Shown here in pieces: positions 41,252 to 51,185 of a stretch of DNA of 64,000 nucleotides. This DNA is from Candidatus Woesearchaeota archaeon (GTDB lineage: Archaea > Nanobdellota > Nanobdellia > Woesearchaeales > JABGUJ01): NCBI GenBank assembly GCA_018646625.1, contig JABGUJ010000001.1, forward strand, positions 193,534-257,533. Direction: 5' to 3'. Position 1 is the first letter of the stretch; every line of letters begins with the position of its first letter. The translations under genes were made by a program, and so were the position numbers. Under the pieces are notes generated by a model. The model worked only from the letters and a program-made list of their open reading frames with translations, was not told where the DNA came from and searched no databases.

Positions 41252-41737
41252 TTACTTTCGCCTTTTAGCAGCTTTTCTCTTAACTGGCTTCTTCTTAGCC
41301 ACTTTTCTCTTAGCTACCTTTTTCTTTGCAGGCTTCTTCTTAGCAGCTTTTCTCTTAACTGGCTTCTTCTTAGCCACTTTTTTCTTAGCTACTTTTTTCT
41401 TTTTAGCAGGTTTCTTTTTAGCAGCTTTTCTTTTAACAACTTTTTTCTTAGCTACTCTTCTCTTAGCAGGTTTCTTTTTAGCTGCTTTTTTCTTAGCTGT
41501 CTTTTTCTTTTTGCCGCCACGTGACATTTTAGCTTTAGCTACGTTTCCTTTCTTATCAATAAAGTATAAGAAACCAGCTTCTCTCTTAACGCCGCACTTT
41601 GCAACAGTTTCCTGTTTTTTACTAGTCCTTTGACCAGCTCTAGCCATCTTAACTCTTGAGACATTACCTTTTTTGTCCAAGAAATAAAGATAACCGGGCT
41701 CTCTCTTAATTCCACATTTTGCTACTACAGTTGCCAT
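41252..41737 (-). CDS. Highly basic putative chromatin protein with histone H1-like K/A/P/V tail
   Basis: Duplicated VAKCGxKRExG.LYF.DKKGNV...KM.R.G module followed by KKVAKKKPVKRKAAKK repeats. Confidence 0.8.
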   Translation of the reverse strand: MATVVAKCGIKREPGYLYFLDKKGNVSRVKMARAGQRTSKKQETVAKCGVKREAGFLYFIDKKGNVAKAKMSRGGKKKKTAKKKAAKKKPAKRRVAKKKVVKRKAAKKKPAKKKKVAKKKVAKKKPVKRKAAKKKPAKKKVAKRKVAKKKPVKRKAAKRRK

Positions 41738-41823
41738 AATTTAACACCTCGATTTATGACCTCGATTTAGACTATTGAGTATTTAAAACTTTGCAAAAAA
41801 TAGCCTTTTTCTCGAGGAGAGAA

Positions 41824-43098
41824 CTAGAATAAGCACTTAATCTTCCAAGGCAATAGCACTTTTTTTAGAACTTCGGACCCTTGAATATAGGACAAAAACA
41901 ACCCATAATTAGTCACAGGCACATCAACATTTGAAAGATCCCGCAGTCGAGCCATCAGCTTCTGAGATGAAATCATGCACCCCCCGCAATGGATAATTAA
42001 ACTGTAATCCGCCAGGTGATCATTGTCTTGAAACTCCCTTCCAAAGTTATGTTCTATCACAACCCCGGGAAATTTTTCCTCAATATAATTAGGAATTTGC
42101 ACAGTTCCAATATCTTCTTCAATTCTGGAATGATTACACGCCTCAACAATTAAAACCTTATCTCCACTTCGTAAAGAAGATAACACCTTTAACCCATCGA
42201 CAAATGTTGATAATCTCCCTCCACTCATATGATTTATCATCACTATAGAAAACGTCGTCACACCGACCTCATCAGGAGTCCACGGAGCTACTAGATCAAT
42301 CGCCTGAGAATCAGTAATAATCATCTTGGGCTTGCGCTTAAACTCTGACAAAAACGAAAGATACCTTTCTTTCTCCTTCTGAAAATCCGGACCCCTGCCA
42401 GCACTAAGATCCATTCTAAAAGAAACCGGATGCCCCCAGTTTCGCGTAATATGTTCCTCAACCATCGACTGAGGACGTAAATATCTACCAGCAGGCGTCT
42501 CTGCATCCATAGGAATTATCAAAACATAATATTCACCCTTCTCGATAAAAGGCAATAAACTTCTTGGCTTAGACTTAGGAACATAAGTAGAAAGAATAAA
42601 ATCCAACAACTCAGCTCTCCGCTCAGCATCAATAACACTAAGATGGATAGACTTGTAAAATCGCAAAAGGGACAAATCACCCTCCAGACGTTTAATATTC
42701 TCAGCTAAAACAGTAGAATCCATCTCACCAAATACATTATACACAACAAATAATTCCTTATTCAATTCCCTAGAACGAGCGATTATCTCAGACTCTTGCG
42801 AGAGATCATCAGTCTCTGGATTAATTACCAAAAGCACCAAATCACATTCTTTAAGATTGGAAAATACCTTCTCTCTCTTCTTCTCGCCCAGCTCTCCACC
42901 TTCATCCACTCCAGCAGTATCAAATAACCTGACCGGACCCAAACCGTGTATTTCAATAAGAGATACTTTAGTATCCGCAGTCGTACCGGGAGTAGAATCA
43001 ACAATAGATGCTTCTTGCTGTAGAAAAAGGTTCATCAAACTACTTTTCCCAGAGTTCACTTTTCCAAAGATCCCTATGTTTTCCTTTTGAACATTCAT
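41824..43098 (-). CDS. hydF: [FeFe]-hydrogenase maturation GTPase HydF
   Basis: GKVNSGKSS, GTTAD, DTAG, ITDSQ, TTFSI, EACNH, HCGGC. Confidence 0.93.
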   Translation of the reverse strand: MNVQKENIGIFGKVNSGKSSLMNLFLQQEASIVDSTPGTTADTKVSLIEIHGLGPVRLFDTAGVDEGGELGEKKREKVFSNLKECDLVLLVINPETDDLSQESEIIARSRELNKELFVVYNVFGEMDSTVLAENIKRLEGDLSLLRFYKSIHLSVIDAERRAELLDFILSTYVPKSKPRSLLPFIEKGEYYVLIIPMDAETPAGRYLRPQSMVEEHITRNWGHPVSFRMDLSAGRGPDFQKEKERYLSFLSEFKRKPKMIITDSQAIDLVAPWTPDEVGVTTFSIVMINHMSGGRLSTFVDGLKVLSSLRSGDKVLIVEACNHSRIEEDIGTVQIPNYIEEKFPGVVIEHNFGREFQDNDHLADYSLIIHCGGCMISSQKLMARLRDLSNVDVPVTNYGLFLSYIQGSEVLKKVLLPWKIKCLF

Positions 43099-44147
43099 AG
43101 TATTGGATCCCCGTATCCCTCACCAAGCGTCAGCCCCACACTAGACACCACACCTCTCACACACCCAGCGCAATCATCAGCACTTTCATGTATACACACC
43201 TTATCAGGATAAAGTAAATATTTTTGCCTATATTTTTGAGGTGTAACATTAGGCATTAGTAAATTAGCTCCAGCTTTAAGAGCAATTTGACGTCCATCAA
43301 CGGGCCTTATAGTTTGCAAAGCAGTTGTAGAAGGAATAAACATTTCTGGACAGACTAACCTGACAATCGCTATAACCTTAATCATTTTCCAGAATTCCCC
43401 TCCAGAATTCCCCGCCATGGGCGTATCAGGATGTGAAATGAAAGGACCCATGCCGGCCATGCTAACGCCATTATCCCTCATAAAGAAAATATCATCTACC
43501 AAATCTTCATCTGTTTGACCTGGCAAACCAACCATCATGCCAGATCCAATCTTGTACCCAATATCATGAAGAGCATTCAACAATGCCACTCGTTCATCAA
43601 ACAGATTTTTTGCCAAAGGATTGCCAGAATGTAGACCGGCATACAACTCAGGATTGCTTGTCTCAAATCTAATCAAAACACGCCTCGCCCCCACCTCATA
43701 AAAACGCTTATAAGAATCAACGGGCCTTTCACCAATACTCAAAGCAATACGACAATCTGCTTTAGAAAGAACTCCTTCAACAATTTTAACAATAATCTCG
43801 TCTGTATAATAATCATCTTCGCCGCTCTGCAACAATATAGTCTTATATCCAAATTTTGCTACAGCGCTAACAGCAATATCAATTATTTGCTCAGGATCCA
43901 TCCTATAACGTCCCACTTTACTATTGCTTTTACGAATACCACAATAATTACAGTCATTTCTACAATAATTAGAAAACTCTATTATCCCTCTAATAAAGAC
44001 CTCATCACCTAAAACCGAACTTCTTACCGCATCAGCTTTCTTCATCAACACATCAACATCACATTCAGAACTTAGCAAAAAAAGTACATCCTCCTTACAC
44101 AACTTATCCTTGTTAACCAATTCAGAAGTATATGTCCCGTTCACCAT
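43095..44147 (-). CDS. hydE: [FeFe]-hydrogenase maturation radical SAM HydE
   Basis: RGIIEFSNYCRNDCNYCGIR, LQSGED, GPFISHPDTP, MPNVTP...YLLYPDK. Confidence 0.94.
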   Translation of the reverse strand: MVNGTYTSELVNKDKLCKEDVLFLLSSECDVDVLMKKADAVRSSVLGDEVFIRGIIEFSNYCRNDCNYCGIRKSNSKVGRYRMDPEQIIDIAVSAVAKFGYKTILLQSGEDDYYTDEIIVKIVEGVLSKADCRIALSIGERPVDSYKRFYEVGARRVLIRFETSNPELYAGLHSGNPLAKNLFDERVALLNALHDIGYKIGSGMMVGLPGQTDEDLVDDIFFMRDNGVSMAGMGPFISHPDTPMAGNSGGEFWKMIKVIAIVRLVCPEMFIPSTTALQTIRPVDGRQIALKAGANLLMPNVTPQKYRQKYLLYPDKVCIHESADDCAGCVRGVVSSVGLTLGEGYGDPIL

Positions 44148-45504
44148 TTTTTATCCTATTGATTCGCTCCAACGTCTCCTCGCGCCTTTTTTCAGTAGAA
44201 ATATCTGATAAAGATTCATTAATTAAATCCTCACCAACTTTAACCAAATCATTCTCTCCATAATCTGTTAAATATTCTTGAAATGTCAATATGGCATTAG
44301 GTTGACAAAAATCTTGTATCAATCCGGGCTTTGCCAAATCCATAAAATCTTTACCAACTCTACCTTTACGATAACAAGCAGTACAAAACGAAGGTAAATT
44401 ACCTTGCTTTACAACCTCGCTCATAACTTGATCACAATTTCTGAAATCATTCAAAGTAAACTGACCCATCTTCGGATTAGAATCACTATATCCTCCAACT
44501 TCAGTATGCGAACCAGCACTTATCTGAGAAACTCCTAAAGAAAAGAGTTCATTACGCAACGCAACACTCTCCCTTGTCGACAAAATTAAACCTGTATAAG
44601 GCACTGCCAATCTCAATATCGCAACGATTTTCTTAAAATCTTCATCAGATACAGCATAAGGGGGATTTTTAGTATAAGGCACATTAGCTACAGGCTCAAT
44701 TCTTGGAACTGAAATTGTATGAGGACCAACACCATAAGTTGAATCTAAGTGCTCGGCATGCATCAACAAAGAAAGCACCTCGAACTTAAAATCGTACAAC
44801 CCAAACAAAACTCCAATGCCAACATCATTCATACCGTTCTTCAATGCACGATCCATCACATTTAGTCTCCAAGAATAATCTGCCTTCTCCCCAGATGGAT
44901 GAACTTGATTGTAAGTTTCCTTATGATACGTTTCCTGAAAAACCGTATAAGTACCTATTTCACATTTTGCTAAACGAGAAAACTGGGCTTCGTCCAAAGA
45001 AGGAATCTCTACATTTATTCTCCTAACCGAACTACCTTTATCATCAGTAACAGAATAAACTATCTTCAAATACTCCATAAACTTATCAAAACTAAACTTA
45101 GAGAAATCCTCCCCCATCAACATCAAAACCCTTTTGTGCCCTTGAACCAGTATTTGTTTAACTTCTTGTACGAGCGATGTCTCAGAAAGCACTCCCCGAT
45201 CTAGAGCAAGATTATCTTTTCTAAAACCACAATACAAACAATTATTAGAACAGAAATTTGATACATAAAGCGGAGCAAACAAAACAAGACGACTACCATA
45301 TATTGCCCTTTTCACAATCTTAGCGGTAGAAAGAACTTTCTCAATTTTAGAAGAATCCGATAAATTAAGCAACACTCCAACTTCCCACAGAGATAATCCC
45401 TTGAAATCTTTTGCTTTGGATATAATCCGTTCAAACTCAGAATCCGAAACAGTATTCGTATTGTCAATTATTTCTTGAATCTTCTGGCCGTCTATAAAAC
45501 TCAT
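44122..45504 (-). CDS. hydG: [FeFe]-hydrogenase maturation radical SAM HydG
   Basis: FAPLYVSNFCSNNCLYC, FQETY, GPHTISVPR, auxiliary-cluster motif PSFCTACYR...FCQPNA (absent from ThiH). Confidence 0.95.
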   Translation of the reverse strand: MSFIDGQKIQEIIDNTNTVSDSEFERIISKAKDFKGLSLWEVGVLLNLSDSSKIEKVLSTAKIVKRAIYGSRLVLFAPLYVSNFCSNNCLYCGFRKDNLALDRGVLSETSLVQEVKQILVQGHKRVLMLMGEDFSKFSFDKFMEYLKIVYSVTDDKGSSVRRINVEIPSLDEAQFSRLAKCEIGTYTVFQETYHKETYNQVHPSGEKADYSWRLNVMDRALKNGMNDVGIGVLFGLYDFKFEVLSLLMHAEHLDSTYGVGPHTISVPRIEPVANVPYTKNPPYAVSDEDFKKIVAILRLAVPYTGLILSTRESVALRNELFSLGVSQISAGSHTEVGGYSDSNPKMGQFTLNDFRNCDQVMSEVVKQGNLPSFCTACYRKGRVGKDFMDLAKPGLIQDFCQPNAILTFQEYLTDYGENDLVKVGEDLINESLSDISTEKRREETLERINRIKNGERDIYF

Positions 45505-45591
45505 ATGAGAAAACCACCTCTCAAAAACATCAATAGTAAATTCGTTTAAATATATTTCCTAGTTATTTATAACAAGAACAACAAAACGGCG

Positions 45592-46230
45592 TTATTCTCG
45601 CCTATAATATCCATAAAGCAGAAAACAAACAATACCCACCAAAGCGCCTAACAAATTAACTACCGAATCATGCATAGTATCAATCCACACTCCCGCTAAA
45701 TACCCCTCACCGAACGCATCACCAACAACGTCACCAAAATCTCCATCTCCGATCATGAAAACCCCTTCTCCAGTACCAAACATCTCATATCCAGAATACT
45801 CTAACAATTCTACAAAACTTCCCACACCCATAGATGCCAAAATAACTAAAACCACCATCATTCCTTTAGTAGCCCCTCTACCTCTCACCAATTCACACAG
45901 CAGAAAAGACACCGCAAACAACCCAAAAAAGTGAGTGAACACATCATACTCCACAGACACGGGGGAGATAGAATAAAACCCAAACGTACCTGCAGAATGA
46001 AATATAAGAGCTAAACAAACCAGACTAGTAGTAAGAGGATTTAACCTTAATTTCTTACGAAATAAAAACAATAAAATAATAATAAAGATAGACAAAATAT
46101 TATCCCAAAACCAAGAACCTCCATTAACATAATGAGCATAAAAAGCAAACAACCCTAAAATCAAACAAGAAACAACAAAAATGCTCTCTATAACCGGTTT
46201 GCGCACGTCTAAACCTATTTTAGTTTTCAT
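45592..46230 (-). CDS. DUF2238-like membrane protein
   Basis: FHSAG, YDVFTHFFG, VELLEY, DTMHD..NLLG; start MKTKIG at 46230. Confidence 0.7.
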   Translation of the reverse strand: MKTKIGLDVRKPVIESIFVVSCLILGLFAFYAHYVNGGSWFWDNILSIFIIILLFLFRKKLRLNPLTTSLVCLALIFHSAGTFGFYSISPVSVEYDVFTHFFGLFAVSFLLCELVRGRGATKGMMVVLVILASMGVGSFVELLEYSGYEMFGTGEGVFMIGDGDFGDVVGDAFGEGYLAGVWIDTMHDSVVNLLGALVGIVCFLLYGYYRRE

Positions 46231-46231
46231 C

Positions 46232-47269
46232 TTAGTTTCCAATAATAAAGATATTATTTCTACCAACCATCAAAGCACTCTCAGGAATCCTCAACTCATT
46301 ATCTCCTTCATCTATTGCGCCCTGATACACGATTTTATTGTTAACTTCAAGAATGATCTCACCTTTCGCCTCTTCAGCTTCAAATGTCATAAGCAAATCT
46401 CTCATATCGGCCTTACCTAAAACAACATCAAACCCTTTCCTTCTTTGAATCTGAATATCTCCCGCATCATCTATCTTAATTTTTTTAGTAAAAGCATTCA
46501 ACAAAACTCTATTAATGTTCTGCCTTAGTTCATCAACATCATCAACATTAGTTACAACATATATACTATCTACAAAATACTGTTTATCTATTGTATCAAA
46601 TACTAAAGTATTAACCCCTGTTTTAAGATAGGTTTTCGTCAAGTATACAGCATTCTTTTCTTGACATTTAGGAATAAACCCATTCTCTCTTCTACCATTA
46701 ACAATCAAGAACAAAGGATTCACATCAGATTGAGAACACTCAGGTAAAAACTCAACCAACACATTATCGCCACTACTAATATCTGGAGTAGTCAAATAAA
46801 AATCATTATGCTTAACTTGTCCTTCCAGATCACCAATAGCTTTAGAAATCTCAATTTCTCTTAAATCAAACTCAAAATTCTTAGGAGCTGGAACTTGATC
46901 CACAACCACAACATTATTCTCAACAACTTCTTCCTCTTCAACCTCTTCAGAAACAGGCACTGGAGGAATCTCTGGTTCAACAATTGGATCTTCATGTAAA
47001 ACTTCTTCATACACTACAACTTCATTCTCCTTTACCAACTCAGGTTCAGAAATCGCTTCAACATCATCTTCAACTATTTCTATTGCAACTTCATCTTGAA
47101 AATCGCAGAAACCATTAACATCTTCATCTAAACAACATTCATCATCAGTATAATCAATATATGGTGCTTCGCACCCAATATCTGTTGTACAAGATGTTAA
47201 TAAAATAACCAAAGCAAAAAGAGCCATCAAACTAACAAGGCCTTTACAAAAACCGCAAGAACTACTCAT
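46232..47269 (-). CDS. Acidic lipoprotein-like surface protein
   Basis: LLTSC lipobox-like; CEAPY...CCLDEDVNGFCD motif; E/V/P-rich linker; beta-rich C-terminus. Confidence 0.72.
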   Translation of the reverse strand: MSSSCGFCKGLVSLMALFALVILLTSCTTDIGCEAPYIDYTDDECCLDEDVNGFCDFQDEVAIEIVEDDVEAISEPELVKENEVVVYEEVLHEDPIVEPEIPPVPVSEEVEEEEVVENNVVVVDQVPAPKNFEFDLREIEISKAIGDLEGQVKHNDFYLTTPDISSGDNVLVEFLPECSQSDVNPLFLIVNGRRENGFIPKCQEKNAVYLTKTYLKTGVNTLVFDTIDKQYFVDSIYVVTNVDDVDELRQNINRVLLNAFTKKIKIDDAGDIQIQRRKGFDVVLGKADMRDLLMTFEAEEAKGEIILEVNNKIVYQGAIDEGDNELRIPESALMVGRNNIFIIGN

Positions 47270-48314
47270 TACTCTCCCCCTCTAACTCCATAATACTTGG
47301 AACTTCTTGCTTAGAAACTCCCATCGCCTCCATCTCCTTAATTGGATCAGGATTTGCATCAATCTCAAAAACATTAAACTCTAACCTGTCAAACATTTGG
47401 TTCTTCTTAACAGCGCCACCTACTTTGACAATTTTACCCAGCACAGACTGTTTCAACTCTTCCAATTTCTCAGAATCTTCTCTCATGCCCTGCACTGCCT
47501 CATCCTCTTTGCCCAACAAACTTTGCACTTGATTTGCCCAGAAAACAGCCCTAATAGCATCAGAACCATCATCTAAAAAAGCATTCAACACATAAGAATA
47601 ATATGGCTTAACAGTTCCATGCTCATCACAAACAAAACTATCCTCTCCTCTTTGCCTAACTCTCTTTTTACAATCAGGACACATCTCAAAGAATCTAACG
47701 TCAAATGTTTGTACAATAGTCGCCAGTAACTCAACTCTAGACATTCCTTCAGAAAGATCAACAATCTTTGTTCTAGTAACTGCGGCTTTAACTGCTTGAG
47801 TCTTAACCTCTCCGACTTCTTCCCCTTCTGGATTAACTATTAACTCAGATTTATCATTCAAATGCAGTTCAGCACGACCATTATTATCTTTAACATAAGC
47901 ACCTACGACTTTAACCGTATCGCCTTCTTTAACAGATGAAACATTATCAGTCTGATCACCCCAAAGAGTAACTCTCATAGAAGCAGTATCATCTGCAACC
48001 CATAGTGAAGCAACCTTACCAGTCGCACCATCTTTTCTAGTAAATTCTTTAACAGGATATATAGTTTGAACCTTACCAACCATCTCAACGGCTCTCATCC
48101 CTGCTAGAATATTTGTAATCTTTAATCTGCCAGTGGTTTGATCAAATAGTTTAATGCCTAAATCATTAGCAATTATATGTGCAGCACCTTCCTCAGAAAT
48201 CAATCCAGCCAACTCATCAAGTTTGGCTCTTATTCTTCCCCTAATTTCTTCTTCTGAAACACCAGAAGCATCTTTTAACTTTTCAATTATTTTCTCAACA
48301 GGCATGCGTATCAT
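47262..48314 (-). CDS. rpa: Replication protein A (OB folds + Zn ribbon)
   Basis: GLISEEGAAHIIA, F.RKDGATGKVASL..ADDTASMRVTLW, CPDC...C..H, LDDGS. Confidence 0.88.
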   Translation of the reverse strand: MIRMPVEKIIEKLKDASGVSEEEIRGRIRAKLDELAGLISEEGAAHIIANDLGIKLFDQTTGRLKITNILAGMRAVEMVGKVQTIYPVKEFTRKDGATGKVASLWVADDTASMRVTLWGDQTDNVSSVKEGDTVKVVGAYVKDNNGRAELHLNDKSELIVNPEGEEVGEVKTQAVKAAVTRTKIVDLSEGMSRVELLATIVQTFDVRFFEMCPDCKKRVRQRGEDSFVCDEHGTVKPYYSYVLNAFLDDGSDAIRAVFWANQVQSLLGKEDEAVQGMREDSEKLEELKQSVLGKIVKVGGAVKKNQMFDRLEFNVFEIDANPDPIKEMEAMGVSKQEVPSIMELEGESNE

Positions 48315-48394
48315 ACATCAACCCCCCTGATCACAACCAATTTAACGCAGTTTATAAACTTTTTGGACTTAAAAATAACAAGAAATAAGGAGCT

Positions 48395-51184
48395 CTACTC
48401 CATGTATTCGCTTGATTCAATATTTTCCAGAATATAATGGTCGCCTTGCTTAACTAAATCTCCCCGAATAGTGAGATGATTATTTTCTATAACTGGTTGC
48501 GGATTGTAATATGGATCAACTGCCAAATCATCAGATGTTTTATCTGTCAAAACAAACATGAATGGGACAGAATCATACCTAGGAAGCCATTGCCCAGTAT
48601 CGGGATGCTGTAAATACAAATCAGGAAGTCTTGCTTTTAGATCAAACTCAGGAGTTTTAACTTCTCTTCCCGAAACAGAAGAAGTAACATCCATAGAACC
48701 AAACGCAATTCCCGCTTTATTCAAATCACCATAATCATTAGCAAAAACCGAAGAGACTTCTTTATCCAAATAATACATCCTCAAAACTAAAGGCTCTTGG
48801 ATATCAGCAGGCAAACCATCTTCATTCTCATACACACCATCACTACCTTTTTCTCTCTTACCACCCAAAGAAGTATAATTATCCTGCAAATCAAATTCAA
48901 TAGTATACTTTCCACCAGAATAACTTAAATTAAACTTACTCATCTTTCCAGGAGACAACAAATCTCTAACCGGATAATTATCTAGCATTGACTCATTAAC
49001 TTCATACAATGTTTGATCCTTGACGTAATCTCCATCCTCGCTCACTGCAACCACGTAGAAATCATAAATACTGCCCGGATTTAATCCACTCAAGTATAAA
49101 TACATTTTATCATCACCAAAAGATCTTATAGTCAAATTATGTTTTAATTCAAAGAAAGGTGTGGCGGAAGTACCACCCACAAAAACTAAATTAGCGAGAG
49201 CATCTAAACCGTTGATATCAAAACCATAAGTTACATTGTCAGGATCATACTCAATATCCTCGCGAGAAAAATGCGTCATCAACATAGAATCATCAATTTT
49301 AACAGTAAAATAAGGTGCCTGGTTTAAGTCCACAGAACCACCAAACGCATACACATAATAATATTTAACTTTCTCCTCTTTTGATTGATTCCAATATAAC
49401 AAAACTTCCGAATCTGTATGATTAAACTGCACAACATTTAGTTCCTTAATTGGTGCAGGAGGCTTACCTTTCAAAGCAATAGCAAAATTATATGTTACAG
49501 ATAACTCTTCAACAACCCCGCCAATAAAATAAGGTAGTTTTTTCTCTTTATTCCAAACACAAATCCCATATGTTCTATCAGGATCAAAACCTCTCACCAA
49601 ATCAGATGCAGTTTTATCTCTACATTCGCCTTTCTCCCAATAACACTCTAAACCGCAATTAGAATTACAAGCAATATCAGTAGGATTATCAGAACATTTA
49701 GGGTTAGGAGGACACGTACCACATCTAGAAAAAGACTTCCTGTCTGTAAAGAATGCGACCGTATAATAGGGAGTACAGCCCAGCTTACAAGGATCCATTG
49801 CACAATATCTCTCATTCACATAATTCGAACAATCTTTGGGAAGCGAAGAACATTTTTTACATTCTCCATACTCGCCAGAAACAAAATAAGAAACATGCAG
49901 TTCTTCGCCAGCTTTTGTATTCTTCTTCAAACATTCTTTCTCAGAAATTCCATTTTTAGGAACATCTCCCAAAGCAGGAGTACACTTTGAACCAAACCAC
50001 TCGCAATTGAGACTTCCTCCGCACTTATCATTTGCATAATAACAAGTCTGTCTAGTTCTCAAATCACTACAAGACAAAACATCACACGAACCACAATCGT
50101 CATATACTAAATCCAGCGTATAGGTAGGCACCATGCGCCTCGCCAGAACACACATACGCTCACTTTCAGTAAAAACATCACAATAATTAAGATTTGCTTC
50201 AAAAGGATCTTCAAAAAATTCAGTCAGCGCCTTTTTCACACAATCAGAATCCGCGTTTGTCGGATCTTCGCATTTTTGAATAACCTTTAGAACATATTCA
50301 GATATCTTTTTGTAGTCATCTAAAGAATAATTAACTCTAGTAACGAAAGAAGGCATAAATCTATACTTGCCTAGAAGTTTATTAATATAGCCTGCTTGTG
50401 CTTGCGAACCTGCTGAATCACCAAACTCATAACGTTGCTTGCACGCACCATAAACACCACAAATTTTGGATACATATCTATACAGAGAATCCTTTTCAGG
50501 ATTTGCAGGATCAAAATCCTTATGACCTGGAATTTTTTTTATGCAAGAAAGTAATGGCTGAGCAACACCATTAACAACACAATGCTTTTTTATTCTTCCG
50601 CCACCCTGATTATAGGCTGCAATCGCCAACTCAGGGTAACCATCAAATGATATAAGTAAAGATGAAATAAACTGAGCAGAAGCATCAAATGCTTTCTCAG
50701 GATTAAAACGATCATCCACCGCCATTGCTTCTTGCAAAGTCATATCTTTAACTTTAGCTACCAAACGATCTGCATACTCTTTATTGCAACCAAAACAGTT
50801 TTTTTTATAATCCGGATTTGAATTAAGAAAAGCATGATCTTGGCACTTAGCATAATTTTTATCTTCAAAAACCTTAAGACCATATTGTTTTGCAGTTCCC
50901 GGCATGAATTGTACTATTCCAGCAGCACCACAACCTTCGGAAACGGCAACTGCATGAAAATTAGATTCAGTAAATGCAAACCCCTCAATTAATTTAGGAG
51001 GAATACTGTGCTTTAATGCGGAAACCGCGATCATATTATCAACCTGCACCTTAGAAATTGGATGAATAACTAAATGACCTGTAACTTTATTAGTAGAAAC
51101 ATCTAGACCAACCGCCAGACTAGAAAATATAAGAATTAGAACAGTTAACAAATATATCATATTCATTAGGTGTTTTTTCTCCAT
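48395..51184 (-). CDS. Large secreted protein: SLT lytic transglycosylase + Cys-rich repeats + FN3-like domain
   Basis: Signal/anchor; FTESNF, GAAGIVQFMPGTAKQYGL, RFNPE, LAIAAYNQG; PPAPI...LYWN and LSGLNPGSIYDFYVVAV. Confidence 0.85.
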   Translation of the reverse strand: MEKKHLMNMIYLLTVLILIFSSLAVGLDVSTNKVTGHLVIHPISKVQVDNMIAVSALKHSIPPKLIEGFAFTESNFHAVAVSEGCGAAGIVQFMPGTAKQYGLKVFEDKNYAKCQDHAFLNSNPDYKKNCFGCNKEYADRLVAKVKDMTLQEAMAVDDRFNPEKAFDASAQFISSLLISFDGYPELAIAAYNQGGGRIKKHCVVNGVAQPLLSCIKKIPGHKDFDPANPEKDSLYRYVSKICGVYGACKQRYEFGDSAGSQAQAGYINKLLGKYRFMPSFVTRVNYSLDDYKKISEYVLKVIQKCEDPTNADSDCVKKALTEFFEDPFEANLNYCDVFTESERMCVLARRMVPTYTLDLVYDDCGSCDVLSCSDLRTRQTCYYANDKCGGSLNCEWFGSKCTPALGDVPKNGISEKECLKKNTKAGEELHVSYFVSGEYGECKKCSSLPKDCSNYVNERYCAMDPCKLGCTPYYTVAFFTDRKSFSRCGTCPPNPKCSDNPTDIACNSNCGLECYWEKGECRDKTASDLVRGFDPDRTYGICVWNKEKKLPYFIGGVVEELSVTYNFAIALKGKPPAPIKELNVVQFNHTDSEVLLYWNQSKEEKVKYYYVYAFGGSVDLNQAPYFTVKIDDSMLMTHFSREDIEYDPDNVTYGFDINGLDALANLVFVGGTSATPFFELKHNLTIRSFGDDKMYLYLSGLNPGSIYDFYVVAVSEDGDYVKDQTLYEVNESMLDNYPVRDLLSPGKMSKFNLSYSGGKYTIEFDLQDNYTSLGGKREKGSDGVYENEDGLPADIQEPLVLRMYYLDKEVSSVFANDYGDLNKAGIAFGSMDVTSSVSGREVKTPEFDLKARLPDLYLQHPDTGQWLPRYDSVPFMFVLTDKTSDDLAVDPYYNPQPVIENNHLTIRGDLVKQGDHYILENIESSEYME

Positions 51185-51185
51185 T

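Noticed and set aside
43095..45504. ThiH/BioB/PylB as alternative calls for the two radical SAM genes
   Set aside because: The HydG auxiliary-cluster motif and the adjacent HydF settle the assignment
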